A model generated the notes under the pieces. The model was not told the origin of the DNA. It searched no databases and worked only from the letters and a program-made list of their open reading frames with translations. A stretch of DNA of 64,000 bases. Origin: Novakomyces olei. Lineage: Eukaryota. The stretch's first letter is position 1. The number at the start of each line of letters is the position of its first letter. Of the stretch, positions 46,058 through 58,077 are shown in pieces. The DNA lies in the NCBI GenBank assembly GCA_016906335.1, contig JADEYG010000007.1, positions 1,116,001 to 1,180,000 on the forward strand, given 5' to 3'. A program made the translations under genes and the position numbers.

Positions 46058-46825
46058 CTACTTTTTCAGATTGGCAGCCTTTGCGCCAGAATTGCGGATA
46101 AACTTATCGACTTGGTCATGTGGCAGTCCCTTTTCCTTAGCCTCTGCAAATTTGGCCACAGCCCCTTCGTGGTCTCCCTTCATTTCCAAGGCAATCCCCC
46201 AGTTGAAGAACAATTCAGGATCCTCTGGGTGCAAATGAGCCGCCCGCTCAATATGCTGGAGGGCCTCGTCCAAATTGCTCTCCAGCATATAAACATTGGC
46301 CAGGTTTGTGTGAGCAGAACACAGAAGTGTATCCTGCAATTGCCGGTACCTCTCAAGTCGCTCTGGCTCGACTGCAAGGTTCACGTTCTCCACGTCTCGA
46401 GCCAATTGGATCGCATTAAGCCAGGCATCACGTGCTCCCTCCTTATCGTTGAGCAACCATTTACTGTTTGTCAGAAATTAGCAAGCAAGGCCGACTTACG
46501 CTACGCCCATATTGTAAAAGGCTTCGATGTTTGGAGCCACTGACAAAATTGCACGGTAGAGCTCTACTGCACGAGGGTACTCTTTGTTGTCGATTGCAGT
46601 AACGGCCTCCTCCATACGCTTCATCAATTCCTCCACCCCGTCGTCCTCCGAACCTGCCGCGTATGATCGCACAAAGCGTTGCTTTATCGGCGCCGCTTGG
46701 AAACGGTTCAAACGGAAAGAGGTCTGCGAAATTCTGGAATTGCTGGCATTGCGAGCAGTGCTAACAATGCCGCGGCTGTGTCGTGGCAGAGCACGCAGAG
46801 CCAAAAATGCCGATTGTCGAAACAT
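46058..46825 (-). CDS. Mitochondrial-targeted TPR protein, 2 exons
   Basis: Arg-rich presequence; exons 46825-46500 and 46463-46058 (36-nt intron); TPR motifs AFYNMGVA, AHTNLANVY, LFFNWGIALE. Confidence 0.8.
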
Positions 46826-47479
46826 GATGAATGTAGCTAGCAGCTTTACATCATAATTTATTTTTTATTTATATATTAATTTTTTCAATTTCAATTTATT
46901 TTTATTTACGTATTTAATTTATTAATTTCGTTTACATATTTTATTTTTTTTATTCATATACTTTTGACAATTTGTAAGACAATGATTCATGCTCCTTGTA
47001 TTACACGTCCTGATTATCAAGTATAGTTTCATCTTGGATGCACTCGCTTACTGTGGTAGCATCTACAAACCAGTTGTAGCTTATCATAGCCTCCAAACAG
47101 ATTTGCCCTTACGATAACTTGATAGATGAATAAGTAATCTCTGGTTTTGAAATAGGATGGGACAAAGTGACATCAGAAACGCTCAAAAAGGACATAGATA
47201 GAGGCAAAACAAGACAGGAATCAAGGCAGCATCGCATTTTGAAGAGAACGTGTGCGACACCGAAATCGGGATAGACAAGGCGACTTGACAGTCTGTGGCT
47301 CGGATTGCTTTTCCTTCCGGCGCAGAGCGTCTGAAAGCGTACAGTTATCTATCAACCAATCTATTGATAAATATCTCTACGCTCGAGTGGCAGGGAGACT
47401 TTTCACAAGCAGACATTTGTCAATCTGAGGGGAAAGCTACTACTTTTTCTGTTTGCGCTACAAATTGCTTTGGAACATT

Positions 47480-50400
47480 ATGCGTTGGGGTTTCGCCCGT
47501 CTCATTTTCAAGTAAGTACAATGCCTTTGTCGTGGCAAGTATTTATTACTCTCTTTTACCGCAATTTCTGCCAATGCTGCTGCTCCATCAGTTTTTTTGA
47601 TTTCAAAAATGATTTCTAAAAATTTTTGAGACGGAGATTGATGAATATCCAATGGCTGGAAAATTCAATAAACCGTGCGAGCAAAATTTCATTCATTTTA
47701 TTCAACAAACTCCTTCCCATACCTTATTAAAAGGCATTAAACAAGCACAATTCTTGCTGACAGCTTTAGCTCGCTCGCGGCTTACACTCTTTTCTCCATA
47801 ATATTTATATGCCCCTCACCGGAGAATGCTAGTGCCGACACTCCCGCACTTTGCTACCGCTACTATACGCTGCGGCGAGCAGTAGCGCCTCTCTATCCGT
47901 ACCTGTCTCCCGTACTGGAGAGGGCTTCGCCCTATATTGCTCCCGTAGCGGACCGTATTAATCCAGTGCTGCAACGTGCTGCCCCATTCTACCACCAGAG
48001 CAGTATGTTGGCGGGCAAATACGGAGCACCGGCAGCCCAACGCGTACAGCACGAAGTTACGCGACGTGCTCACGCTTTACGTAAACACGGTGAGGCTGCC
48101 TATACGCGTCATTTAGCGCCCACTGTGGACGATTACGCGTCACGTGTGGGCGACGCGTACGACACGACTATCGGCAGCCGTATTAGGCCATTAAAAGCGC
48201 GTTCACAGCCGTATGCGGATAAAGTTTTACGCGTCTACGCTGCACAGAAACCTATAGTTGCTGCTAAAGCGGCTCAAGCTCAAGCAATCTTTTATGCAAG
48301 CGTTCTGCCCCGTCTGCAAGCGTCAGCCAATAAGGTTTGGAGAGAGAGTGTGGACACGGTACTGCCTCGTACAAAATTATTTATTTCCGAGACCATTTTT
48401 CCACAGGTTGAGCGTTTACGCGACCGTCTCTACTACTACCGCGTAAACGCGCAAGCAGACGCGGCTATACGCGACGCGTCCCAGAGTGCTGCCAAACTGG
48501 CGGACCAAGCGGTTACAAGTAGTATTGCTGCTACAGACGAGGCTGCAGACACGACTCGTCTTGCCGATAGCACAGGTACAGGTTTAGGGTTAGGGTTTTC
48601 TACAGATCTCTCGTCACCTTTAATTGCCTCAACTTTTGTAGACCCTTCTGCTCCGCCGATCTCTACAGCCTCTGAAACTCTGAGCGGAGACCACGTGACT
48701 GACCCGGCTGAAGTGTGGGTTGAAGGCGTACATGCGGCGGGCAATGCGGCAGAGCCGCTGCTGATTGACGAAGTGAAAACCCTATTTAAAGGCACACTGA
48801 TCAGGGAGGATCCGCTACTGGAGTCGAACCTGTACATTCTGGACCAAACAGTGAAAAAGCAAGTTGAGCGATTAAAGACTGATATTCAAGCGCTGGCAAG
48901 AGCTGTGCATGAAGGCAATCCAGAAAATGGCAATCCAGAAAATGGCAGTCCAGAAAACAACAGTCCAGAAGCGGCAGTGGAAGCAGCAGCGGCAAAAGCG
49001 GGTGAGAGTATTGTGGAAATTGCGCAAAGAGTACGTGATCATTTGAAAGAGCTGCCGTCAAATGTTGAAAAGCAAGTTCAGTACAAAGTACAGCAGGCCT
49101 GTGCTTCAGTGCGGGATGTCTACCACGAGGCAGAGGCAAATAATGCGATAGACACTGAGGGAAAGCAGAGGATCGAAACTGCCTCTGACCAAGAATGCCT
49201 CCGGCTCGAGCAGGCAGCTCAGCGAGTATCGTCAGATTCGGGACTCGAGTCAATTTACACCCTGCAATCGAGGTACATTAAGGGCGTAGACCAGATTGCC
49301 GGCAATGCAGCCAAGAATTTTGCAGAGATTAAATCCGTCGGAGTCGGGAAAGTCCGGGCCGGAGACAGTTCGGATGATTTCGGGCACGGAATTGCCCATT
49401 TCGTATCCAACCTGGCCAGCAGTGCCCAAGAGATGGTGGGGGCCAGTACACCCCCACCAAGGGACCCTATTGACCAAGCTCGGGCGGCTGTGCAAGATCG
49501 AGTGGGCAATTTGCGGCAGGCGATCAGTGACAAGTACACTGAGGCACAAAATGCAGTTGACGCTGCTTCTGCCTCGGCTGCTGCTGCCCTGGGAATTGCT
49601 CCAGAGGCAGAGCCGACTGTGGAGCCAGAGCGGCCTGCTAAGGAAAAGTATTTGGATTATGTCGACGAGCTCTCTGAGGGACGCTATACAAAACACCTGG
49701 AGGATATTGGAGCCATAACCCCATCTCCGGCAGAGCCAGCACCGACAGATTTGAGCGGCAAGGCTCAAGTATTGGCTGCTCACGTCAAGTCACGAGTGGG
49801 TCCAGTGCTTGAGGAAGCGGCTAAAAGGAACCTTGTGGACCCAGTAGAGCGGCTAAATGCAAAACTGTCAGAGATCAAGGACAAAGTAGACAGAGATCCA
49901 CGTGCAATGGCCGCCGCTGCACAGGTAGCAGCGGCAATTGCCGCTGTGCAATCAAACCCGGCAGTGCAATCTGTCCAGTCTGGGGTTGAGTGGGCCAAAG
50001 AGGCTGGTAAGGAGTTTGAGACACGGGCAGAAGCAGCTTGGCAAGAAGGATCCGAGTGGGAAGCAAAAGCTGCCGAAAAGACCAAGCAAAGCTTACAGTC
50101 TGCTCGATCTGCCGCTGAAGCAGAGATACAATTTGTGGAGGAAAAGTTTCAGGATCTATGGTCGAGTATTCAGTCGAACGCTGCCTCGCAAGCTAAAAGT
50201 GCAGCGAGCGTGGCCGAGCATTTAAGGGAGTCTGCAGGTAAGAAGAACGAGAAAGCCGAGAGTATTTGAAGAGAAGAACGGAGAGAACACATAAATAGTA
50301 GAGGAAAAGAAAAGATTTAAATAGGGGCACATGGAAAATTGGAAAACTAAAACAAACTCTTTTATTTGAAAAAAATTTAGAAACAAAGAAAGGAAAAGGA

Positions 50401-51204
50401 ATGAGAAACAAATTTGAGGAGTAGAATTGATTAAACGAATAAAATAAGTGAATTAAAGTGGAAAAAAAAAAGAATTATATGTTTAATCAGAAAAACACTG
50501 AAAAGGATGAATAAAGCTTTCAGATCTAAAAAAAAAAGGAAAAAAAAAACAAACTCTAATAACTTTACATGTTTAGTCAGTGCTAACCTCCAGAATCGGG
50601 CGCTCAGACCGTACGCGACGAGATCAGTGAAGGATTCGCGAGCAGTGTGGGTCGGATAAAATCAAAAGCACAAGAAGCGTCAATGTACATCTCACAAATG
50701 TCTGCTCAAGGGTATGACTATGCGAATGCAGACTACGAGTGGCTACAGGCAAAAGCCTCTGAAAAAGCTGATCAAGCAACGGAAGCCGTCTCAGCGGCTG
50801 GGGCTAGGGTTAGTAGTGTAGTGGGCCAGGCAGAGCAAGCGGCAGGGCTAGAAAAAGCTCCGCTTTCTGACCGGGTGGCTGACTCTGTTTCAGTTGCCGT
50901 CGCTGAGCCTGTGTCCAGTATTGTCGACAGTGTGGGCGGAATGGGCGCAAATTCTCAAGGCAACCTTGGCTTTATTGACCGATTAAAGCAGCGGATAGAG
51001 CGGGCTAAATCAGAGGCAGCTTCTGGAATCCAGGCACAAAGAGAGGCAGCTGAAGCCGAGCTACATAGCATTTCTGTTTCGGCAGGCTCGAATTTGTTTT
51101 CTCAGCTTTCGTCTGCTGTCTATGGGACACCGACAGGTAAACCTGCTGCTATAAAAAGCGCTGTTAAAAGCGCCGTCGGGTCATTGCACACGGCCAGCGC
51201 GTAA
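47480..51204 (+). CDS. Large Ala-rich helical protein with N-terminal membrane anchor, She10/Osw7-like fungal family, 3 exons
   Basis: Exons 47480-47511, 47770-50237 and 50594-51204 splice in frame. Starts MRWGFARLIFNSLAAYTLFSIIFICP...ALC, followed by Pro/Tyr-periodic amphipathic helices and a late SSAVYGTP motif. Family assignment is from memory of similar fungal proteins. Confidence 0.6.
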
Positions 51205-51439
51205 AGATTAAACAGCACTATCAAGTCGATTAATTTCCGCCTATCGGAAAAATCAGGCGGGAAATGATAAATTTTTACGGGCTCACTACCGACTAATACT
51301 GCACTTGCACCGTAGACAGCGCCGACAATGATACCTTTATGCTTTACCGAATGGCTTTTAATCACCACTTGTTTGTGGTGTATAAATATTTTAATTTGAT
51401 TTTTTGAACAATAAACAGTAAATTATAGACAAAACAGAC

Positions 51440-51516
51440 AAATAATAAATAATAAATAATAAATAATAAATAATAAATAATAAATAATAAATAATAAATA
51501 ATAAATAATAAATAAT
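51440..51516. repeat. (AAATAAT)11 heptamer array
   Basis: Directly visible, upstream of the kinase ATG. Confidence 0.95.
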
Positions 51517-51561
51517 ACTAAACAATCACGGTAAATGCCTAGATGGATATGAATCTGACGT

Positions 51562-52830
51562 ATGCATGATCTTGGAAACCTTCCGACGCCCAAAACCGCG
51601 AGCAGTGTAAGCTCGGATGAGTCGCCAGTGGCGCTGCGACTTGGCGATGCTTCAGGACCGCGATTCCCACGGAGCCTTGTGCGGGATCAAATCGGCTCAC
51701 AGCGATCAGCAACTGTTCCGATCCAGCAGCTGAGTGCGACAGTATCCAAACGAACGAGCTCCGTGAACCTTGCAGACTCTCTCAAGCAAGAGTTTCTGCA
51801 AAGCTCAGAGGAGCCCTTTGCTCAGGCACTGCAAAAGGCAATTGACAAGAGGAAAAAAGAGCCATACGTGCCAGTAAAAGAGGAAGCATACACAGTAGAA
51901 ACAGATCTTGGGCCCGTTGTCCCCGTTGTCCCCGTTGAATGGCACCCGGAACGCGTACTCGGAAGTGGATCTTTTAGCCGCGTCGTTTTATGCTCAGCAG
52001 AGTATAAGAGCTCTGTGCTCTTATCCGCAATCAAGTACGTCTCCTTCCCCGTATCGCTGCCAGAGTCCGATCGGATCGCCCGCTCCGTCCGCCGGGAGGT
52101 CAGTGTCCTTCGTAGTATAAGCCATGCTGCTGTAGTGGCCGTACACGGCTACCATGAATCTCCTGATCATGCTGTAATTGTTATGGATTATATTCCGGGC
52201 GGAACTTTGCTCGATCTGTTGGTGGAAGCTGGCTCAAGCAGTGAACGGGTGCTGCCTTCTTTGCGGTTCAACATGTTTTGCCAGCTGCTCGAGGCAGTGG
52301 CTTTTTTACACGCTCACGGTATTGTGCACCGGGATTTAAAGCTGGAAAATGTACTGGTAAACGGATCAATCAAGCTCCAACACGAAATGCTGGCCCGTTT
52401 GTTTGTACCCGCCGGCTTTGTCGTGCTCTGTGACTTTGGACTGTCCCGGTTCGTGCAGCCAGACACGGTCTTGCATACACGTTGTGGCAGTGCAGAGTAT
52501 GCTGCTCCTGAAATTATTATGGGAGAGGGCTATGATGGACGGGCTACCGATTGCTGGGCTCTGGGGGTAATGCTTTACACTATGTTTAATGGCCGTCTGC
52601 CTTTTGATGTCTCTTCTAGTCGACGCAGATCGAGCATGGTGCATTTGATCGCCCGTATCGAATGGGAATGGGATCCTGATGAGGATTTGGGTTTCTGTGG
52701 CGAACAGGCACAGCGAATTACGGGCCTTTTATTAAGACGAGCAGAGCAGCGTTCTACTGCGGCAGCTTTGCTTGGTGATGCTGACGTTTCTGCCAGCTTA
52801 CAGCTCTGTACAAATGTTGATAATTCCTAG
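51562..52830 (+). CDS. Ser/Thr protein kinase (CAMK-like), intronless
   Basis: GSGSFS, AIK, HRDLKLEN, DFG, CGSAEYAAPE and DCWALG are all intact. Confidence 0.9.
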   Translation: MHDLGNLPTPKTASSVSSDESPVALRLGDASGPRFPRSLVRDQIGSQRSATVPIQQLSATVSKRTSSVNLADSLKQEFLQSSEEPFAQALQKAIDKRKKEPYVPVKEEAYTVETDLGPVVPVVPVEWHPERVLGSGSFSRVVLCSAEYKSSVLLSAIKYVSFPVSLPESDRIARSVRREVSVLRSISHAAVVAVHGYHESPDHAVIVMDYIPGGTLLDLLVEAGSSSERVLPSLRFNMFCQLLEAVAFLHAHGIVHRDLKLENVLVNGSIKLQHEMLARLFVPAGFVVLCDFGLSRFVQPDTVLHTRCGSAEYAAPEIIMGEGYDGRATDCWALGVMLYTMFNGRLPFDVSSSRRRSSMVHLIARIEWEWDPDEDLGFCGEQAQRITGLLLRRAEQRSTAAALLGDADVSASLQLCTNVDNS

Positions 52831-53064
52831 ATCACGTGTCTATATTTACTCAAGTTTTCCGTGAAAATTGCGTTTCATCTGTGTATTTTACATTCTTATT
52901 GCCTGGGAAGGTGACGTAATAAGGCCAGTGGGAGTCCAGCAGGTATGAATATCAAACCCTGTTGGCCCGTATTTGCCTATTCACTATATTGCGTCTAGTC
53001 ACAACTGCGCTCGGTCACAAGCTGTCTATAAGTTTAATTTTGCTTCTATTGTCAAATTGGCATC

Positions 53065-53491
53065 ATGATGGAACTTATGTCGCTCGGCAATTTTTCAGGG
53101 ATAATCTTGGACGAGGTTGTCAAACTCGTCAAAGACCAGGTCGCTGGGGTATGTACTTGATTTAAGGGCCAAAGATTCTTACGCAGCGTACTAGGCAGCC
53201 AAAGTTTCCACTGAGGAGGTGGACAAGGCGGGCGGAGAAAAGGTAATCAAGCCGCTCGTCTCAGAGATTTTGTCTGCCGCACAGGGACTAGGCAGCAACG
53301 TGGTAATGGCTCAGGTTAAAAATGCCTTTATTGCGTTTTGCAGCTCGGCACTGCACATCCCGCCTCCCATGGTAAACCTTATCCTGCAAAATGTGCAAGG
53401 CTTTGCGGAACAGAGGCTGGGGTCAGCTTTGGCTAATATCGTGGCAAATTTGCCAGCTATGCCGGCATTATCGAGCATTTCCAGAACATAG
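53065..53491 (+). CDS. Small hypothetical all-helical protein, about 126 aa, 2 exons
   Basis: Exon 53065-53148, phase-0 intron 53149-53194 (GTATGT...TAG), exon 53195-53491 in frame. No recognised family. Confidence 0.6.
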
Positions 53492-53577
53492 AGTTTCAAA
53501 TTGACGTTTAAATGTGTATATTTGAATATTTCGATAGTAATAATGAAGAGGATCCTTATTGCGTATACGATCGAAAC

Positions 53578-53640
53578 GCGTATAACGTATAATGCGTATA
53601 ACGTATAATGCGTATAACGTATAATGCGTATAATGCGTAT
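53578..53640. repeat. Compound (GCGTATAACGTATAAT)n minisatellite
   Basis: Three 16-nt units plus partial units. Confidence 0.9.
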
Positions 53641-53813
53641 ATATAAATGAAAAGGATCTACGTGTATACGCGTAAATACAATAACCCTAACCCTCACAGC
53701 TTATTCTAAACAGGTCTAGGGTTAGTTAGGGTTAACCCCCTTATTTGCATGGCATGACGCGTGTTAAAGCCAAAACTAATAATAATCCAAAGGCATTCAC
53801 ACACACAAGCACG

Positions 53814-55589
53814 ATGAGACCGCGTTCCATGCTGGTGCTGGCGGGCACTTCGCTCATCCTTGGAGGAATGCTGTGGATGGTGCTGGACACGTCTCAGCGG
53901 GCAATGGTCCAGAACCTGCCGAGCACGCTCGGGTCCAAAGTCAAGATCCCAACGTTCTCAGGCGCCGATGGCGGTGGCGCGCCCGCGGCAGATAGCGGGT
54001 TCCGTGAGAGGCAAAAGATTGAAGAGGAGGCTGCCGTCTCTACGGCAGAAACAAAAGGCACTGCGACACTCGCGCCGGCTCTTTCGAGCGCAGAAACTGC
54101 CGTAAGCGCTGCCGTGCCGACCACAAAAACTGCCGTGAGCAAAGACGCTGCCGCCCCTTCTGCCTCTTTTCCCGTAAAACAGGTCCGTGGACCATTTTCG
54201 CACCCTCGGCCAGAGCAGATCGTAATGCTGCTCGCCAGCGACGGACAGGGCAGCCACGGCGGTATCTCTGGCATGCTCGATATGGCTCTGCAGAATCGTC
54301 GGGAGTATGCAAAGCTTCATGGTACGTGCACTCGCTCAATTTTAATTGTCCTTTTTATAGCCTTTTTAATGGCCACAATGGTTTTTAATGGCTTTTTTAG
54401 CCTTTTAATGGCTATTTAATGTTTTTTTTTGCTGCCGTTCACTGGAAAGAATAGGTTCTTTTGCAGTCAGAAAACTGCTTTTCAACAGCTGTTTATTCAT
54501 TCAAATGTTTATTCATTCAATTGTTTATTCATTCAATTGTTTATTCATTCAATTGTTTATTCATTCAATTGTTTATTCATTCAATTGTTTATTCATTCAA
54601 TTGTTTATCCATTCATTTGTTTCATTCATTTGAATACTTCTCACTGATTTGATTTAAAATGCTGATTGCAAGGATACCATTTTGAATTTAAAAACACGTC
54701 TATCTACGACCTACACGGAGAATCACCAGTATGGGCAAAAATTCCGGCTATGAAGGACACGTTTTCCCAGTACCCTGACGCGGAATGGATCTGGTGGCTG
54801 GACCAGGACGCAATCGTTATGGATTACTCTATCAAATTGGAGAATTACATACTGTATCCCGAAGCATTAAGCAAGAATATTCTCTACGGCCAGCAGATTC
54901 ATATTCCCGGTGACGATTCCGAAGTGTTTATGCCAAGCGCATACGAAACGGATGATATTGATATTATTATAACCCAAGACCATAAAATGGTGAACGCCGG
55001 CTCTTTTCTTATCCGTCGTAGCATGTTCACCGAGTTTTTGCTCGAAATATGGGACGACCCATTCTACCAGCGTCTCGATCTTGAGATGAAGGAACAGGAC
55101 GTCTTTCTTCATTTCATCAGGTACCGCCAATCGTTCCGCAATCGCGTTGCTCTAGTCAAAGCCAACTTGCTGAACGCGTATCCCTTCACTCACGAAGACG
55201 TAGGCTGGGAGCCGGGACGGATCGCTGTTCACTTTGCCGGATGTTGGTACGTATCGAGCCATTATTACTATTATTTTTATTTATAACATTATTTTTTATA
55301 TTATTTTATATATTTTATTTTACATAATTTTATTTTAATTTTTGATTATGCTATTTTTCTGGTCAAAGTTCACGGTACTCTCAACTTTGACGTACAGCCT
55401 TTATACCGTATTTGTTCCTGTACCTAATTGTTTAGGGTCGATAACAGTTGTCAGCGACTTTGGAGCGAGTACTGGAAACGCAAGGAAGAGCTAAACGTCG
55501 GCTACGAGAAATCGTTCGGCACCAATTCAGTTCCTTCCAAGCCGTCACCCTCAGGCGCCCATTTGGTGCAGGGCGATCCCATGGAGTAA
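53814..55589 (+). CDS. Golgi type II glycosyltransferase, GT34 family (Mnn10/Mnn11/Gma12-Gmh-like), 3 exons
   Basis: N-terminal TM; NRREYAKLHGY, WAKIPAMK..F..YPDAEWIWWLDQDA (DxD), ITQD..VNAGSFLIR, EQD, HFAGCW. Exons 53814-54321, 54673-55246 and 55436-55589. Confidence 0.9.
54490..54617. repeat. Intronic 16-mer minisatellite (TGTTTATTCATTCAAT), about 8 units
   Basis: Directly visible inside intron 1 of the GT34 gene. Confidence 0.95.
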
Positions 55590-55824
55590 TGGGGATAAGA
55601 AACTGTTTGAAGTTGAAACATATATTGCATAGGGTTTGTAGCACTTGTCGAAGCTGTTGTTTGATTTATTTTAAGGTAGATCTGTAATAGATATTGTTGT
55701 CCTTGTTCCTTTGTATGCTGGTTACATTGAAATGGAAATTAAGCTGAATTAAAATAAATAAAATCACCCCAACCTGTTAATTAAGCTATATATTTCATAT
55801 TCATAAACGGCAAGTCAATAGGTA

Positions 55825-56453
55825 TCAATCATCCTCCGTCTCATCACCAGAATTTTCCTCTTGCTTGGCCGTAAGCGATGCACTTGCTTCCTGCTTGACA
55901 CGTCTAATATTAACATTTTGATCACCGAATATCCTTACTTTCGCAGAGCTGCACCGGCAGCATTATTCTTTGATGAAGAGGCGCGCTTGCCTTTATGTGA
56001 GCCTGGCTCGCTCTTTGCATCATCTTCCGTAGCATCACTGGCAGCGCGACGGCCGGGCCCCCGTGACTCTTTCACATCGACATATTTTTCATCAACAAGC
56101 TCGACTAAAAAGTCAAATTGTTCTCTATTGTGAATCGCCTCCTTGCTAGAATTGAGTTAGCTTTGCAAGCGACAAAACGTGACGTGAATTAAGCTCGCTG
56201 AGCAGGCAAGATGGAAATTGGTTCAGTCAAGAATACTTTGTACTCACAAATGGGGTATCTGAACGCGCTTTGAGGAGCGTTGACGCATAACCAAAACTGC
56301 CTCATCCAAAAGCTTTTGCATGAAAAGTTCGAGCGCTTTTGAGACTAACAGCGGCGTAACCTGCGCAACTTTACCCACATCCTCGTCTGACTGCATTATT
56401 CTTTTAATTTTTCCAGGTGGGAACTTTGTCTTGAGCTCTGCGCGGCCCTGCAT
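55825..56453 (-). CDS. BUR6: Negative cofactor 2 alpha subunit (Bur6/DRAP1 histone fold), 3 exons
   Basis: [38 protein letters not shown]...HFKEAI...EQFDFL; exons 56453-56248, 56145-55939 and 55903-55825. Confidence 0.9.
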
Positions 56454-56499
56454 ATTGATGATGCTCGTTTTTGTGCCGTCGAATGGTTCAATAATATCG

Positions 56500-56679
56500 T
56501 TTATATTTATATTTATATTCATATTTATATTTATATTTATATTTATATTTATATTTATATTTATATTTATATTTATATTTATATTTATATTTATATTTAT
56601 ATTTATATTTATATTTATATTTATATTTATATTTATATTTATATTTATATTTATATTTATATTTATATTTATATTTATA
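56500..56679. repeat. (TTTATA)30 hexamer array, equal to (TATAAA)30 on the minus strand
   Basis: 180 nt with one variant unit; fills most of the NOSIP-BUR6 spacer. Confidence 0.97.
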
Positions 56680-56706
56680 TTTTATTTGTCATTATTCATC
56701 TAGCGA

Positions 56707-57630
56707 CTAGACTGCACGAAACGCAACCTGCTCGAGTTTGGTCTCTGCGTTCTTGTGAGCCGCAAATCCGGTTCCTTCTGATGCAAGCTCAATAATAGCA
56801 GGTGCTGTAGACGTAGCGTCCTGTACGGGAGAATCACAGGCCACACAACGGCCTCCGTCGCCACGTACAAATTTATCTACACACGACTTGCAGCAAACGT
56901 GGTGGCAGTTTGTCAGCAGGCAGCACGTAACAGCGTTCGATAAGCCCTTTCGGCAAGAAGGGCATATCCGTGGCTCACCTGTTTCGTCTATCAGCTTGGC
57001 AGCGTCCGTAATAAACTCCACCGGCACCAGTGCTTTTAGAGAGATATTGTGCGTTTTTCCCGTACCTTCTGACGCAGGACAAACAGGCCGCAAAGGTTTG
57101 CTTGCCGTTGTAGCAGTACTATGCTCGTACGTTCCACGCGGAGTAAAATTAGGAATCCAAAACGCTTCTCCCTTGAGCTTATTCCCAAACTCATTTGCCG
57201 CCCTTTCTGCCTTTATAGCCCGGCGTGCTCTCTCCACTTCAGACTCTTCAGTGAGGCCTGTATCGTCTGCCCTGGAATAACCCCGCTGAACCATTTCAAA
57301 CTCACGCACTGCCCGTTGCTGTGCTTCTGCCTCGTCCGTCTCGTGCTGGTTTCGCCGTGCCTTTTCCGCATCTTTTGCCTTCTTTTCCAGCTGCTTGATT
57401 TTTTGCCGTTGTTCCAATAAATTTTGCACTATACATTCGCGACAAAATAAGTGCCCGCGCTGACAGCTTACTGGATCTCTGCACCGTGACAAGCACAAAT
57501 GGCACGCGTCAAATTCGCGGTAAGCTTCTGCCGTAAGACGCTGTTTCTTTGTGCCATACTCGGTTTGCGAACGCTCATGCGCAGTGAAAACGGAGCCCGC
57601 AGTTGACCGTTTAGAGTGACGTTGCGGCAT
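56707..57630 (-). CDS. NOSIP-family RING/U-box protein (nitric oxide synthase-interacting protein homolog)
   Basis: [26 protein letters not shown]...EFDACHLCL...[18 protein letters not shown], second RING CPSC...CHHVCCKSC...CVAC, EGTGFA. Confidence 0.88.
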   Translation of the reverse strand: MPQRHSKRSTAGSVFTAHERSQTEYGTKKQRLTAEAYREFDACHLCLSRCRDPVSCQRGHLFCRECIVQNLLEQRQKIKQLEKKAKDAEKARRNQHETDEAEAQQRAVREFEMVQRGYSRADDTGLTEESEVERARRAIKAERAANEFGNKLKGEAFWIPNFTPRGTYEHSTATTASKPLRPVCPASEGTGKTHNISLKALVPVEFITDAAKLIDETGEPRICPSCRKGLSNAVTCCLLTNCHHVCCKSCVDKFVRGDGGRCVACDSPVQDATSTAPAIIELASEGTGFAAHKNAETKLEQVAFRAV

Positions 57631-57827
57631 TTCTCGGCAGATATACGCGTACGAGAGCGTTTAAGCGAGCTCACGCATTAATATACAGAGCGCTCTGTAC
57701 CGTTTCTGCGCCAGGAGACTGTGCAGTTTAGGTCTTCTCCCGATTAATGTGCAGATTCCCGTTATCGCACAGCGCCATCTAATAAACTTACAAAAGTTTA
57801 AAACTATTAATTGCTCATTCTACTCGA

Positions 57828-57851
57828 CCCTAACCCTAACCCTAACCCTAA
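57828..57851 (+). promoter_or_regulatory. (CCCTAA)4 telobox in the divergent NOSIP/ILV3 promoter
   Basis: Four perfect TTAGGG-type telomere repeats. Confidence 0.55.
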
Positions 57852-58077
57852 TGTACCATAGATATGGATATGAGAATAGTGTACCGTAGTAACGTTTGGC
57901 CTATGGCGGGCGATATAAAAGCGATTTCTTATTTACCGCCCGATCACCCACCATCACCTATCGGGGGCGAGGAAATAAAAAGAGTTTAAAAAGTATTTAA
58001 AATAAAATCATTTAAAATAAAATTATTCAGAATTATCAAAACCAAAGCTTAGCACTAAGCTTTACGGGACAGGTTTC

